In this document: in pieces, positions 46,093-56,263 of the stretch
Layout: each line of letters opens with the position of its first letter
Position numbering within the stretch: the first letter of the stretch is position 1
Assembly: GCA_027365835.1 (NCBI GenBank)
Contig: DAHXLU010000051.1
Coordinates: 1 to 56,263, forward strand
Reading direction: 5' to 3'
Length of the DNA stretch: 56,263 nucleotides
Source: Candidatus Dormiibacterota bacterium
GTDB taxonomy: Bacteria > Chloroflexota > Dormibacteria > Aeolococcales > Aeolococcaceae
The notes under the pieces: model-generated
What the model was told of the DNA's origin: nothing
The model's database searches: none
Seen by the model: the letters and a program-made list of their open reading frames with translations, nothing else
Made by a program: the position numbers and the translations under genes

Positions 46093-48270
46093 TTACCCCT
46101 GATGGAGAAGCCAGGTCATACCCAGCGGCGGCACAGTAATAGTTGCAGAATGCTCCTGTTCGTTCCATCTGATCTGTTCTGTGGAAATGGGGACCGGGTT
46201 GATCTTCCCGCTTCCTCCAAATTCAGCTGCATCGGTATTTAGCACCTCTTTCCATATGCCTGCAAGCGGAAGTCCCACCCGGTATCCCGACAGAGTGTTG
46301 GGCGAGAAGTTGGCTATACAGGCCAGCTGGGGCCCAGCACTCCTGCTGCAGCGCAGAAACGAGAGGAGATTCTGGTCGGCATTGCCGGCATCGAGCCAGA
46401 CAAAGCCTTGCGGATCGGTGTCTGCTTCCCACAACTCCGGAGTTTCCCGATAAACCCGGTTCAGGGCAGCAACCAGCTTCTGGACTCCCATATGGGCTGG
46501 AAATTCAAGCAGGTGCCAGTCAAGCGACCGGTTGCAGTTCCACTCGGCGTACTGTCCAAATTCGGATCCCATAAAGAGCAGCTTCTTTCCGGGATGGGAC
46601 CACATCCAGCCCAGCAGTACGCGCAAGTTGGCAAAGCGTTGCCATTCATCACCTGGCATCTTTCCCAGCAGGGATCCTTTTCCGTGTACATTCTCGTCAT
46701 GGCTTATCGGGAGAATGAAGTTCTCTGACCAGGCATACCAGAGCGAAAACGTCATCTCATTGTGGTGATATTTCCTGAATATGGGCTCCTTTTCCATGTA
46801 ATCAAGCGTGTCGTGCATCCAGCCCATGTTCCATTTGAAATGAAAGCCAAGCCCTCCCATGTCCACGGGATGGGAAACCCCTGGCCATGACGTTGACTCT
46901 TCTGCTACGGTCACAACACTTGGATGCTTCTCCCCTATGATGCTGTTCAGATCGCGCAGAAAGGAAACAGCTTCCAGGTTTTCGCGCCCACCATAAATGT
47001 TCGGTTCCCAGCCGCCTGGAGGCCTGGAGTAATCCAGGTAGAGCATGGAGGCCACGGCATCCACCCTCACCCCGTCGACATGGAACTCTTCTATCCAGAA
47101 CAGGGCATTTGCTATAAGGAAATTGCGCACTTCCGTGCGCCCAAAATTAAACACCAGGGTGCCCCAGTCGGGGTGTTCGCCGCGCCGCGGGTCAGGGTGC
47201 TCATAGAGCGCTGTGCCATCGAAGTTGGCAAGGGCCCACTCATCGCGCGGAAAATGTGCCGGCACCCAGTCAATAAATACGCCAATTCCGTTCCGGTGCA
47301 GGTGATCCACCATCTGGCGAAACTGGTCAGGCGTGCCATAGCGGGACGTGGGAGCAAAGTAGCTCGTGACCTGATAGCCCCATGATTCGGTGAGTGGGTG
47401 CTCTGCCATCGGCATCAGTTCAACATGGGTAAATCCCATGCTGGTACAGTATTCCGCCAGCGCCTCTCCCATCTCTGTATAGGAAAGGACCCTGTTATGG
47501 GCATCCCTTCTCCAGGATCCGGGATGGACTTCGTATACACTGACCGGGAGCTGGCCTGGATGTGGTCGCACTTGTCGCGCTTTCAGCCAGTCCCCGTCCT
47601 GCCAGGTGAAATTGCTGGAGTCCACAATGCTGGCAGTTGCAGGAGGGTGTTCGCAGCGGCGACTCATCGGATCTGCCTTTATCCGTTTTATGCCGTCGCT
47701 TCCAATAACAGCAAATTTGTAGGCAAGGCCAGCGGTCGCATCCGGCAGAAACAGTTCCCAGATGCCAGACCCTCCCATGGACCGCATGGGATGCAGCCGG
47801 TCATCCCAGTGGCTCGCATCAGTCATCAGTGAGACTCCTTGTGCATTGGGAGCCCACACAGCAAATGCCACCCCGCCAACCCCTTGATGGACTGTCTCCC
47901 GTGCGCCCAGCTTTTTCCACAACTCCAGGTGTGTTCCCTCCTGGATCAGATGCAGGTCGAAGCTCCCTAGCGTTGGGGTGAAACAGTAGGGGTCTCGTGC
48001 TGTCCAGGAGTGGCCCGCCCCGCGAAACAGCAGCTGGTACGACGCGGGCTGAGTGTCGAGCAAGGTTGTGAAAAGACCGTCCTCATGGGTTTTTTCCAGG
48101 AGGGTAGTCGATGTTGCAGCCCTTACTTCGACCTCTTCTGCTACCGGGTGAAAGACGCGCAGGATAAATCTGTCCCGGGTGCGGTGAATCCCGAGGAAGG
48201 AGTGCGGGTCGTGGTGGACCTGTCCCTTAAGCCTTTCAAGATGCCGCCCGGATGCAGATGCTTCAGTCAT
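46093..48270 (-). CDS. glgB: 1,4-alpha-glucan branching enzyme
   Basis: FAVWAPNA, YEVHPGSW, SWGYQVT, DWVPAHFP, DGVRVDAVASMLYLDYSR, AEEST, WNMGWMHD, PISHDE.VHGKGSL. Confidence 0.97.
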   Translation of the reverse strand: MTEASASGRHLERLKGQVHHDPHSFLGIHRTRDRFILRVFHPVAEEVEVRAATSTTLLEKTHEDGLFTTLLDTQPASYQLLFRGAGHSWTARDPYCFTPTLGSFDLHLIQEGTHLELWKKLGARETVHQGVGGVAFAVWAPNAQGVSLMTDASHWDDRLHPMRSMGGSGIWELFLPDATAGLAYKFAVIGSDGIKRIKADPMSRRCEHPPATASIVDSSNFTWQDGDWLKARQVRPHPGQLPVSVYEVHPGSWRRDAHNRVLSYTEMGEALAEYCTSMGFTHVELMPMAEHPLTESWGYQVTSYFAPTSRYGTPDQFRQMVDHLHRNGIGVFIDWVPAHFPRDEWALANFDGTALYEHPDPRRGEHPDWGTLVFNFGRTEVRNFLIANALFWIEEFHVDGVRVDAVASMLYLDYSRPPGGWEPNIYGGRENLEAVSFLRDLNSIIGEKHPSVVTVAEESTSWPGVSHPVDMGGLGFHFKWNMGWMHDTLDYMEKEPIFRKYHHNEMTFSLWYAWSENFILPISHDENVHGKGSLLGKMPGDEWQRFANLRVLLGWMWSHPGKKLLFMGSEFGQYAEWNCNRSLDWHLLEFPAHMGVQKLVAALNRVYRETPELWEADTDPQGFVWLDAGNADQNLLSFLRCSRSAGPQLACIANFSPNTLSGYRVGLPLAGIWKEVLNTDAAEFGGSGKINPVPISTEQIRWNEQEHSATITVPPLGMTWLLHQG

Positions 48271-49778
48271 CTGCTGGCAAGAAATTCCATCGGGATGTCG
48301 ATCCAGGCTGGTCGGTGCTCGTGCTCATACCGCACCTCATACAGTGCCTTCTGAAGCTCAAAGGAGTCCCGCAGCAGCTGTGCTGAAGAGCGGTCTGGAA
48401 GTAGTCTGGATCCCGTGGTTGTTTCCAGGTAGCCCTCCCAGAAGGCAGACCTGTTGTCGTCTCTCCAGCGGTCGGCAGCCGTCTTTAGTCGTGCGTCAAC
48501 CGGTGAATCCGATGAGCCTTGCTCGCGTAGCGCAACCTTGGCGACATAGTCAAAGGAGCGCAGCATACCAGCCACGTCCCGTAGCGGTGAGGACAGTTCC
48601 ATTCGCTCGTCGTTGCCTCTTGCTGGTTCTCCACCAAAATCCACTATGGTCCAGCCCTGGTCATTGCGCAGCAGCTGCCCGAGGTGGTAATCGCCGTGGA
48701 TGCGGATGGCAAGGCCACCACTGGAGAGGCCAAGTATCTGGTCGAATCTGGCTTCCAGCTCGTCCTTGCGGTCGAAAAGAGCGGAGCCGTCCAGTCCGAG
48801 GGTCTGCAGTACAGTGGCAAGATCCTGCCGCATCTGGTTTGCCCAGAGCATGAGATGGCGGCCGTCTGCGGGTTCGCATCCAAGGTCGCCTGCTACCTCG
48901 GGAGAAGAGAGCGCCAGATGCAGTTTGCCCGTGACTATTCCGATGCCTCTTGCCTCAGAGCTGAACAGGCCGTCGTACAGCATGCCCTCTGCATCTGGTG
49001 TCAGCGGCTCAGGCGACGGGGTGTCGGTAAGGGTGACCTCCGCAAAGACCGTCCGAAGAGATGCCAGTGCCAGCGCCCAGCCCTCAACGGCATTGTGCAG
49101 ATAGGGTTGACGAATAGCAAGCAAAAGCGGCTTGGCATGCCTGGGCACATACTGCAAACTCCCCAGCACAGGCATGCTATGGGGGAAGTGCACGCCAGCC
49201 AGTGATTCAAGTACGGTCAGCTCAAGGGTTGCTCCTGCGAGCGGGTGGCGAATCAGCTTTAGTACCTCTCTGTCTGCATTGACAAGGGAGCTGTTGGTCT
49301 GCTCGGCATGCAGGGCGCGGATTGGGCCCGAAGGAGGCGTTGTACTGCCCGAAAACCGGAGAACGCCGCGGCTAAAGTGCTGCTCCTTTACCTCAGCCAG
49401 TCCATTCCACAGGATGCCGGTGCACTCGCTATCCAGAAGGGCGTCATAGGCCAGCAGTCGTTGCCTCCCGCGTTCCAGTTCACAGACAACAGCATTGCCG
49501 AGCCGTGCATTCTGTGCCCCCTCATGGCTTTGCAGCCGGATGGCAAGCGGCACGTTATAAAAAGATGACCCTTGCTCCCCGTCTTCGGAAACAAGAAGGA
49601 TACCAAAGCACAGCTCTGCGGTAGATCTTAGCTCGCAGAAGTCCCAGATCGAGGGGATACCAGCAGTTTCCCTGTGGCTGTACCAGCGCTGCCGTTTCAG
49701 ATATGCGGGAAGGGATTCTTCAATGCACCGGGCTGTCGTTTTGTCGTCGGGAAACACAAAGGTTATGGGCTTGCTCAT
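48267..49778 (-). CDS. mak: Maltokinase (Pep2/Mak family)
   Basis: [55 protein letters not shown]; lies between treS and glgB. Confidence 0.88.
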   Translation of the reverse strand: MSKPITFVFPDDKTTARCIEESLPAYLKRQRWYSHRETAGIPSIWDFCELRSTAELCFGILLVSEDGEQGSSFYNVPLAIRLQSHEGAQNARLGNAVVCELERGRQRLLAYDALLDSECTGILWNGLAEVKEQHFSRGVLRFSGSTTPPSGPIRALHAEQTNSSLVNADREVLKLIRHPLAGATLELTVLESLAGVHFPHSMPVLGSLQYVPRHAKPLLLAIRQPYLHNAVEGWALALASLRTVFAEVTLTDTPSPEPLTPDAEGMLYDGLFSSEARGIGIVTGKLHLALSSPEVAGDLGCEPADGRHLMLWANQMRQDLATVLQTLGLDGSALFDRKDELEARFDQILGLSSGGLAIRIHGDYHLGQLLRNDQGWTIVDFGGEPARGNDERMELSSPLRDVAGMLRSFDYVAKVALREQGSSDSPVDARLKTAADRWRDDNRSAFWEGYLETTTGSRLLPDRSSAQLLRDSFELQKALYEVRYEHEHRPAWIDIPMEFLASR

Positions 49779-51535
49779 TCCACCTCTCCAGGGTCCAGGT
49801 GCAACCAGAAAAAACTGTGCGGAGAGAGGGTGAAAAAATAGGGGAGATCCCCTATTTTTGGAAAGGGCACCGATCCAACTATCTCTACGGGCGTGTAGCC
49901 TGCATACGCTTGCAGGTTAAGTTCTGCGGGCTGTGAGAAGCGTGAGAAGTTGTTGACACACAGGATGGTAATGTCATTGAGTTTGCGCAGGAAGGCAAAT
50001 ACGGATGGGTTGCTTACATCCACATTCTCATATGCACCCTCCCCGAAAACAGGCCACATACGGCGGATGGCAAGGAACCTGCGGATCCACTGCAGGGGGG
50101 AGGACTCATTGCGTTGCTGTGCTTCGACATTGATGGACTGATAGCCATAGACAGGGTCCATAAGCGGCGGCACATACAGGTCTGCAAAATCTGCCCGGGA
50201 GAAACCCCCGTTGCGGTCGCCACTCCACTGCATGGGCGTGCGCACTCCGTCCCGGTCTCCAAGGCGGATATTGTCCCCCATGCCGAGCTCATCGCCGTAG
50301 TAGATGATGGGGCTACCCGGAAGGGACAGCAGCAGTCCACAGAACAGCTCCCACTGTCGGCGGCCGTTGTTGAGCAGCGGCGCCAGCCTGCGACGGATCC
50401 CAAGATTGAGCCGCATTCTGGGGTCCTTGGCGTATTCTCCCCACATATAGTCGCGCTCCTCATCGGTCACCATTTCAAGAGTCAGTTCATCATGGTTGCG
50501 GAGGAATATCCCCCACTGGGCGCCTGCTGGTATGTCAGGCGTTCTCGCCAGAATCTCGGTAATGGGAAGCCGCTGTTCTCGCCGCAGCGCCATAAAAAGG
50601 CGGGGCATGATGGGGAAGTGAAAGCACATATGGCATTCGGGGCGCTCTTTTGTCCCGAAGTAGTCGATAACATCTTCGGGCCACTGGTTTGCCTCTGCCA
50701 GTAGCACGCGATTCGGAAACTCCCGGTCCACCACACTCCGCAGCTCGGCCAGAAAGGCATGGGTCTCTGGCAGGTTCTCACAGTTGGTTCCCTCCCGTGC
50801 GTACAGATAGGGAACTGCGTCCAGCCGAAAGCCGTCCATGCCCAGTCCAAGCCAGAAGCGCACAGTGTCCAGCATCGCTTCCCGTACTTGCGGATTGTCA
50901 TAGTTCAGGTCGGGCTGGTGGCTGAAAAAACGGTGGAAATAGAACTGCCCTGCTTCCTCGTCAAAAGTCCAGTTGGATTTTTCAGTATCAGTAAAGATGA
51001 TGCGCGCATCCCGGTAGGTCTCTGGGTCATCTGACCACATGTACCAGTCCCTTTTCGGGCTGTCCCTGGACGCGCGGGCCTCCAGGAACCAGGGGTGCTG
51101 GTCGCTGGTGTGATTAACCACCAGATCCATGATGACTTTCATGTTCCGGGCGTGGGCCTGCTCCAGCAGGTGCCTGACGTCATCCACGGTTCCATAGTCC
51201 GGATGGACGGCAAGATAGTCGGATACGTCATATCCGCCATCGCGCAGGGGACTCTGGTTGAAGGGGAGCAGCCAGATGCAGTCGATTCCAAGCCACTGCA
51301 GATAGTCGAGTCTCGAAATTAGCCCAGGGAAATCCCCAATGCCGTCGCCATTGCTGTCGCAAAATGCCCGTACCAGAAGTTCATAGAAGACCGCCCTCCT
51401 GTACCAGGTGCTGGGATCATGGCTTTCCGGATTTGCCAGCGGGGCGCCGGCCTGGTTCCGGCTTTGAAGGGGTGGGGCTGCCACCAGAACCTGCCGGGAC
51501 GGTCTGCCCGGATCGGCCTTTTCTGACTTTGTCAT
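49775..51535 (-). CDS. treS: Trehalose synthase (maltose alpha-D-glucosyltransferase)
   Basis: [70 protein letters not shown]. Confidence 0.97.
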   Translation of the reverse strand: MTKSEKADPGRPSRQVLVAAPPLQSRNQAGAPLANPESHDPSTWYRRAVFYELLVRAFCDSNGDGIGDFPGLISRLDYLQWLGIDCIWLLPFNQSPLRDGGYDVSDYLAVHPDYGTVDDVRHLLEQAHARNMKVIMDLVVNHTSDQHPWFLEARASRDSPKRDWYMWSDDPETYRDARIIFTDTEKSNWTFDEEAGQFYFHRFFSHQPDLNYDNPQVREAMLDTVRFWLGLGMDGFRLDAVPYLYAREGTNCENLPETHAFLAELRSVVDREFPNRVLLAEANQWPEDVIDYFGTKERPECHMCFHFPIMPRLFMALRREQRLPITEILARTPDIPAGAQWGIFLRNHDELTLEMVTDEERDYMWGEYAKDPRMRLNLGIRRRLAPLLNNGRRQWELFCGLLLSLPGSPIIYYGDELGMGDNIRLGDRDGVRTPMQWSGDRNGGFSRADFADLYVPPLMDPVYGYQSINVEAQQRNESSPLQWIRRFLAIRRMWPVFGEGAYENVDVSNPSVFAFLRKLNDITILCVNNFSRFSQPAELNLQAYAGYTPVEIVGSVPFPKIGDLPYFFTLSPHSFFWLHLDPGEVE

Positions 51536-51566
51536 GCTCTCCTTCTTTGCTTGCCTGACTGGCTCT

Positions 51567-53711
51567 TTACGGGGCCTTTACGCTAAATACATGGCCAGGC
51601 TGGACGTTTGGGTCGAGCCGTACGTAGTTGCCTTCTGCCTTCCACTGGTACGAGTTTCCATCCAGCTCATCGTCTACGATAAACCCTGGAGCGCATCCTG
51701 GTGGGAGCACGGAGGCCTCCACCCAGATGGTGGACTCCTGTGCGTGGGCAGGGTCCAGATTCACAACCACCAGCAGTGTGTCGTGGCTCTCGGGGTCTAC
51801 CCGTGCGAATGCAAGTATCTGGTCGTTGTCAGATCGCAGGAGCTGGAGACCAGGCAGGTGCGAGACTGCGCTGCGGTGGTTCTTGCGGATGGCGTTCAGT
51901 CTTGCAATAAATGGAGCAATACTGTCTGGTGCGTCCCAGTCCCTTGGTCGCAGCTGGTATTTTTCGCTGTCTTCGTATTCTTCTGATCCTGGGGCAAGCG
52001 CCTTGCTCTCGCACAGCTCGTAGCCGCTGTACATTCCCCAGGATGGGCAGGACAGTGCTGCGAGCAGGGCGCGCATACGGAATGCCGGGGGGCCACCCTC
52101 CTGCAGGACTGCATGCAGGATGTCTGGGGTGTTGACCCAGAAGTTTGGACGAAACCAGGTGGACTCTGGTCCATGGGCCAGTTCTTCCAGGTAGAGTGCC
52201 AGCTCGCCCCGGGACACTTTCCAGGTGAAGTAGGTGTAGGACTGCGAGAAGCCAGCTTTGGCCAGGCGCATCATCACCGCTTTTCGGGTAAAGGCTTCGG
52301 CGAGGAAGATGACCCCAGGGTCCACCTGATGCACCTCTCCTATCAGCCACTCCCAGAAGGCAAACGGCTTGGTGTGTGGGTTGTCGACCCGAAATGTCCG
52401 CACACCATGACTGTGCCAGAAGAGGACAACCTCCAGCAGTGCGCTGTAGAGGGAAGCCCGGTCGGCGCACTCAAAATTGAGCGGCACAATGTCTTCATAC
52501 TTCTTGGGTGGGTTTTCCGCATGCCGGATGGAGCCGTCGACGCGGTGCTTGAACCAGTCCGGGTGCTCGGTAACCCATGGATGGTCAGGTGAGCACTGGG
52601 CAGCAAAATCCAGGGCCAGCTCCAGCCCGTGGCTGTGTGCCGACTCAACCAGTGCGGCAAAGTCGGCAAAGTTTCCTAGCGAGGGCTCGATGGCAGTGTG
52701 GCCGCCCAGGCTGTTACCTATGGCCCATGGGCTTCCGGGATCATCCGGGCCCGCGAGAACCGAGTTGTTCCTGCCTTTGCGTGCGGTCAGCCCTATTGGA
52801 TGGATCGGTGGCAGATAGAGCGTGTCAAACCCCATGGCCGCAATCGCAGGCAGGCGCTCGATCACCTTCCTGAAGGCAGCTGTTGTGCCTCCTGTCGTGT
52901 CCACCCTTCTCCCGTCGCTTCCCAGGCTCGCGCTGGAGGCGGCTTGCGACCTTGGAAAGAGCTCATACCAGGACGAAAACGCAGCCCTCTCCTCATCAAC
53001 ATAGACGGGAAACCAGGGAGAAATTGTAGAGAGGGGCTCCCCTGCTGCAGTCCTGGCATTGGGATAGAGCCTGGGCCGCATGGCGGCAAGGACCCGAGCG
53101 TCAAGTGCCAGCTGATATGCCTGCTGTATCCCGGCTGGATGCCGGATGAGTGAGACAAGCGTTGACAGGGTTTTGTGCTCAGGCGATTCTGCTGGCCATG
53201 AAGGGAGGACCGTTTCGATGAGTGCGCCAGCCTCCCTTAGCTCAGCCGCAACAGGCTGGGATGCCTCCTGCATTCGCTGCAAATCCCTTGCGAGTGTTGC
53301 GTAGGGGTCAGGGGCTGCCATTATTGCAAACTCCCACGTTCCTGGCCGCTGTAGCGTTACCGTACAACCGAACCGGTCCTCCTGGACTTGCATCATCTGG
53401 CGCTCTACCTGCAGGGGTTCTGAACCCGCTGCGCGTTGGACCTTCTGCCTGACGACAAGTTGCGCTGTCAGAAGATCGTGCCCATCCAGAAAGATGCTCG
53501 CAAATACCTGTAACGGCATCCCGACCGTTGCCTTGGCGGCAAACCGCCCCCCCTCGACTGTAGGCGTCACATCTTCGATTGCTACGCGGCCGCAGTTCAG
53601 CGGAAACTGGTCGGGCTGCAGCGTGTTTGCTGGCTTGCCCACTTTGCCCCTGTGGCTCTTTTCGCTCCCGCCCTTCTGCTCCCGACTAGCCTGATTCCGC
53701 AGCTGTGTCAT
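51567..53711 (-). CDS. glgE: Alpha-1,4-glucan:maltose-1-phosphate maltosyltransferase
   Basis: ATG 53711 just after the glgX stop. [56 protein letters not shown]. Confidence 0.96.
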   Translation of the reverse strand: MTQLRNQASREQKGGSEKSHRGKVGKPANTLQPDQFPLNCGRVAIEDVTPTVEGGRFAAKATVGMPLQVFASIFLDGHDLLTAQLVVRQKVQRAAGSEPLQVERQMMQVQEDRFGCTVTLQRPGTWEFAIMAAPDPYATLARDLQRMQEASQPVAAELREAGALIETVLPSWPAESPEHKTLSTLVSLIRHPAGIQQAYQLALDARVLAAMRPRLYPNARTAAGEPLSTISPWFPVYVDEERAAFSSWYELFPRSQAASSASLGSDGRRVDTTGGTTAAFRKVIERLPAIAAMGFDTLYLPPIHPIGLTARKGRNNSVLAGPDDPGSPWAIGNSLGGHTAIEPSLGNFADFAALVESAHSHGLELALDFAAQCSPDHPWVTEHPDWFKHRVDGSIRHAENPPKKYEDIVPLNFECADRASLYSALLEVVLFWHSHGVRTFRVDNPHTKPFAFWEWLIGEVHQVDPGVIFLAEAFTRKAVMMRLAKAGFSQSYTYFTWKVSRGELALYLEELAHGPESTWFRPNFWVNTPDILHAVLQEGGPPAFRMRALLAALSCPSWGMYSGYELCESKALAPGSEEYEDSEKYQLRPRDWDAPDSIAPFIARLNAIRKNHRSAVSHLPGLQLLRSDNDQILAFARVDPESHDTLLVVVNLDPAHAQESTIWVEASVLPPGCAPGFIVDDELDGNSYQWKAEGNYVRLDPNVQPGHVFSVKAP

Positions 53712-53713
53712 TT

Positions 53714-55876
53714 TTAGTAAATCCGCCGGAAGATGAGCATCGAGTGAGCCGTTACAGTTATCTTTTCCCGTCCCGGGTGGACTTTTTCGTTCTCGGGAGT
53801 GGCGGTGTAAGTGTTGTCCTGGGCAGTGTCCAGAAGCAGCTCCCAGGCAGCTCCGGAAGCGGCAGGAAGTGTCCACTCGGAGTCATCCGGGGATGCATGC
53901 ATGAGTATGAGCAGGCTGTCTCCCACTATGGGCCGGCCAAGGTCGTCCCGGTCTGGTATGAGCGAGCCGTTCAGCAGGAAACCGATCGACCTGTGTGCGC
54001 TATCGTCCCAGTCACTCTCCTGCATCTCCTGCCCGTCCCTCCGGTACCAGGTGATGTCCTTGCGGTTCTGCCGTGCACCTACCTGTCCCTTGAAGAAGTG
54101 ACGGCGCCGGAGCACTGGCTGATCCCGGCGGAGCTGGATCAGGCGTGAGGTAAACTCCAGCAGCTCGCTGTCGGCATGCTCCCAGTCCAGCCAGCTCAGC
54201 TCTCCGTCCTGGCAGTAGGCATTGTTGTTGCCATGCTGGGTGCGCCCCAGTTCATCCCCAGAGAGCAGCATCGGGCAGCCCTGGGAGACAAGAAGTGTTG
54301 TCAGCAGATTTCGCTTCTGTCTTTTGCGCAAGGCGAGAATGGAGGGATCATCAGTATCGCCTTCGGCCCCACAGTTCCAGGAGCGGTTGTCATTGGTGCC
54401 ATCACGGTTGTCCTCGCCGTTGGCAAGGTTGTACTTGTTTTCGTATGAGACCAGATCCGAGAGTGTGAATCCGTCATGGGCAGTCACAAAGTTGATGCTG
54501 GCATAGGGGCCACGTCCTTCTCCTTCGTAGAGGTCGCTGGACCCAGTAAGCCGGTATGCCAGGTCGGCTACGCCATGGCTCTGTCCTCGCCAGTAATCCC
54601 TGACCGTGTCGCGGTATTTTCCATTCCATTCTCCCCAGCGGACCGGAAAGTTTCCGACCTGGTATCCTCCGCTTCCCAGGTCCCAGGGCTCAGCTATCAG
54701 TTTGACGCGGGAGAGTGTGGGGTCCTGGTGGATGGTCTCAAAAAAGGTGGAGAGCCGGTCTACCTCGTAGAACTGCCGTGCAAGGGCTGAAGCCAGGTCA
54801 AACCGGAAACCATCCACGTGCATCTCTGTGACCCAGTAGCGAAGGGAATCCATTATGAGTCGCAGGGTTTCCGGATGGCGAACATTGAGCGTGTTTCCGC
54901 AGCCGGTCACATCCCAGTATGCCGCGGGGTTGTTGTCCTCGAGGCGGTAGTAGCTGGGATTGTCTATGCCACGGAACACCAGATTGGGGCCAAACCTGCC
55001 CCCTTCCCCGGTGTGGTTGTATACAACATCCAGGATCACTTCGAGGCCTGCGGCGTGGAGGCTGCGCACCATCTCCTGGAATTCACGTACCTGCCCTCCC
55101 TTGTCTCCGCAGGAGGAGTAGCGGTTTTCAGGGGCAAAGTAGCCAACGCTGTTGTAGCCCCAGTAGTTGTGGAGACCAAGCTCTACCAGTCTTTCGGTGT
55201 CTATGAACTGGTGTACCGGCATGAGTTCAATCGTAGTTATTCCAAGGCGTAGCAGGTGGGAGATGGCAGCCGGATGGCAGAGCCCGGCGTAGGTCCCCTG
55301 TAGCGGCTCAGGCACCTCTGGCATCCGCCTGGTGAAGCCCTTGACGTGGGTCTCGTAGATGATGGTGTCTGCCCAGGGGATTTCCGGATGGCGGTCCGAC
55401 TGCCAGTCAAAGGTGTCGTCCACCACAACGCTGCGCAGCGTAAACGGCGCGGAGTCGGAGTAGTCGGGAGCAAGATCTGAGGGTGGGGGAAGAGAGCTGC
55501 CTGATGCAGGTTGTGTGCCTTCACCACCCTCCTTCCGCCTGTAGCCGTAGAGGGGATCTCCCCACTTTAATGTGCCAGAGATCGCGCGGGCGTAGGGATC
55601 CAGAAGCAGCTTGGCACCGTTGTAGCGCATTCCAGATGGCGGATCCCATACTCCATGCACCCGAAATCCGTACTGCTGGCCAGGGGCAACCGGCACCATG
55701 CCGTGCCAGATGTGACCATCCCGGTCTACCAGCTCCAGCCGCTCCTCACGATTGCTTTCGTCAAATAGACACAGCTCTACGCGGGTGGCGTTTTCTGAGA
55801 AGATGGCGAAGTTTGTCCGGCCATTCTCGTAGTGGGCGCCAAGCGGGGTGTCGGTTCCAGGGGCGGCCAGTCTCAT
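53714..55876 (-). CDS. glgX: Glycogen debranching enzyme
   Basis: PLGA, KLLLDPYA, YETHVKGF, NYWGYN, DVVYNHTGEG, DGFRFDLA, IAEPWD, TAHDGFTL, NNNAYCQD. Start 55876 (ATG) or 55915 (GTG). Confidence 0.96.
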   Translation of the reverse strand: MRLAAPGTDTPLGAHYENGRTNFAIFSENATRVELCLFDESNREERLELVDRDGHIWHGMVPVAPGQQYGFRVHGVWDPPSGMRYNGAKLLLDPYARAISGTLKWGDPLYGYRRKEGGEGTQPASGSSLPPPSDLAPDYSDSAPFTLRSVVVDDTFDWQSDRHPEIPWADTIIYETHVKGFTRRMPEVPEPLQGTYAGLCHPAAISHLLRLGITTIELMPVHQFIDTERLVELGLHNYWGYNSVGYFAPENRYSSCGDKGGQVREFQEMVRSLHAAGLEVILDVVYNHTGEGGRFGPNLVFRGIDNPSYYRLEDNNPAAYWDVTGCGNTLNVRHPETLRLIMDSLRYWVTEMHVDGFRFDLASALARQFYEVDRLSTFFETIHQDPTLSRVKLIAEPWDLGSGGYQVGNFPVRWGEWNGKYRDTVRDYWRGQSHGVADLAYRLTGSSDLYEGEGRGPYASINFVTAHDGFTLSDLVSYENKYNLANGEDNRDGTNDNRSWNCGAEGDTDDPSILALRKRQKRNLLTTLLVSQGCPMLLSGDELGRTQHGNNNAYCQDGELSWLDWEHADSELLEFTSRLIQLRRDQPVLRRRHFFKGQVGARQNRKDITWYRRDGQEMQESDWDDSAHRSIGFLLNGSLIPDRDDLGRPIVGDSLLILMHASPDDSEWTLPAASGAAWELLLDTAQDNTYTATPENEKVHPGREKITVTAHSMLIFRRIY

Positions 55877-56128
55877 GCCCGCTGGGGCCGCGGGCCGTGG
55901 CCAGTGCAGCGCCACATCGAAGGCTCTGATGAGAGGTCACCGGACCAGTTTGGGGCAGGAGAAATGGGGTAAGCGGGCATCTCCCCCTAGGATAGTCGCC
56001 AGTGGTGCTTTCCTGCCCTGCCCGGCCATGCCGGTTGCGTGCGTACTGCGAAAGGGAGCAGATGGCCCCAAAAGAAGCAAGCGTCTCCCCGGGCCGCGAG
56101 CGGGTGGCGGCTTTCCTGACTTCCGCAA

Positions 56129-56263
56129 TTAGGTGACTAAAAGAGGGGAGCTGGTGGCGAGCCATGTGGCGAGGGCGTCTGAGATGGCGGTCATCTCGGA
56201 TGAGTACTCAGGGGGAATGGCGTAGGTGGTGCCCCTCAGGTCAACGAGGCCACTTTTGGTGTG
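56129..56263 (-). CDS. C-terminal fragment of a gene entering from the right edge
   Basis: Open frame ...HTKSGLVDLRGTTYAIPPEYSSEMTAISDALATWLATSSPLLVT* ending at 56129. Confidence 0.35.
   Translation of the reverse strand, partial: HTKSGLVDLRGTTYAIPPEYSSEMTAISDALATWLATSSPLLVT

Noticed and set aside
1-56263. CRISPR arrays, tRNA/rRNA genes, transposases, integrases, known defence systems
   Set aside because: No regularly spaced repeats, cloverleaf/rRNA signatures or recombinase motifs were seen by eye; a tRNAscan/Rfam/DefenseFinder run would be needed to exclude them fully.

Overview
GC-rich bacterial chromosomal segment. The gene style resembles Chloroflexota/Ca. Dormibacteraeota or Actinomycetota (inference only). 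The left ~12 kb is accessory-like. It holds (i) a truncated Gram-positive/actinobacterial-type conjugation (T4SS-like) operon: degenerate MinD/ParA-like protein, VirB2-like pilin, VirB6/TrbL-like, PrgI/SCO6880-like and a VirB4-like ATPase, with no relaxase, coupling protein or integrase in the window; and (ii) a 4.5-kb ECF sigma cassette bracketed by two inward-facing near-identical 32-bp motifs. In that cassette the anti-sigma's extracellular PepSY-like domain is a clear paralog of a secreted protein encoded divergently beside a putative glutamic-type peptidase; this is the best candidate for an undescribed system. The rest is mostly core metabolism: treZ, a HAD phosphatase, an ArsA/Get3-NUDIX-histidine kinase-CaCA operon, ychF, hom-thrC-thrB-lysC, thiolase, infA, a GalE-like epimerase, a diguanylate cyclase, a histone-like protein, gdhA-pycB-like-biotin carboxylase, a second ECF sigma with a giant anti-sigma, SIS-nagA, and the complete glgX-glgE-treS-mak-glgB alpha-glucan cluster. 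Several intact ORFs look like pseudo-enzymes with lost catalytic motifs (MinD-like, MoxR-like AAA+, PycB-like carboxyltransferase). No rRNA, tRNA, CRISPR array or transposase was seen. All family assignments come from by-eye motif recognition, not database searches.
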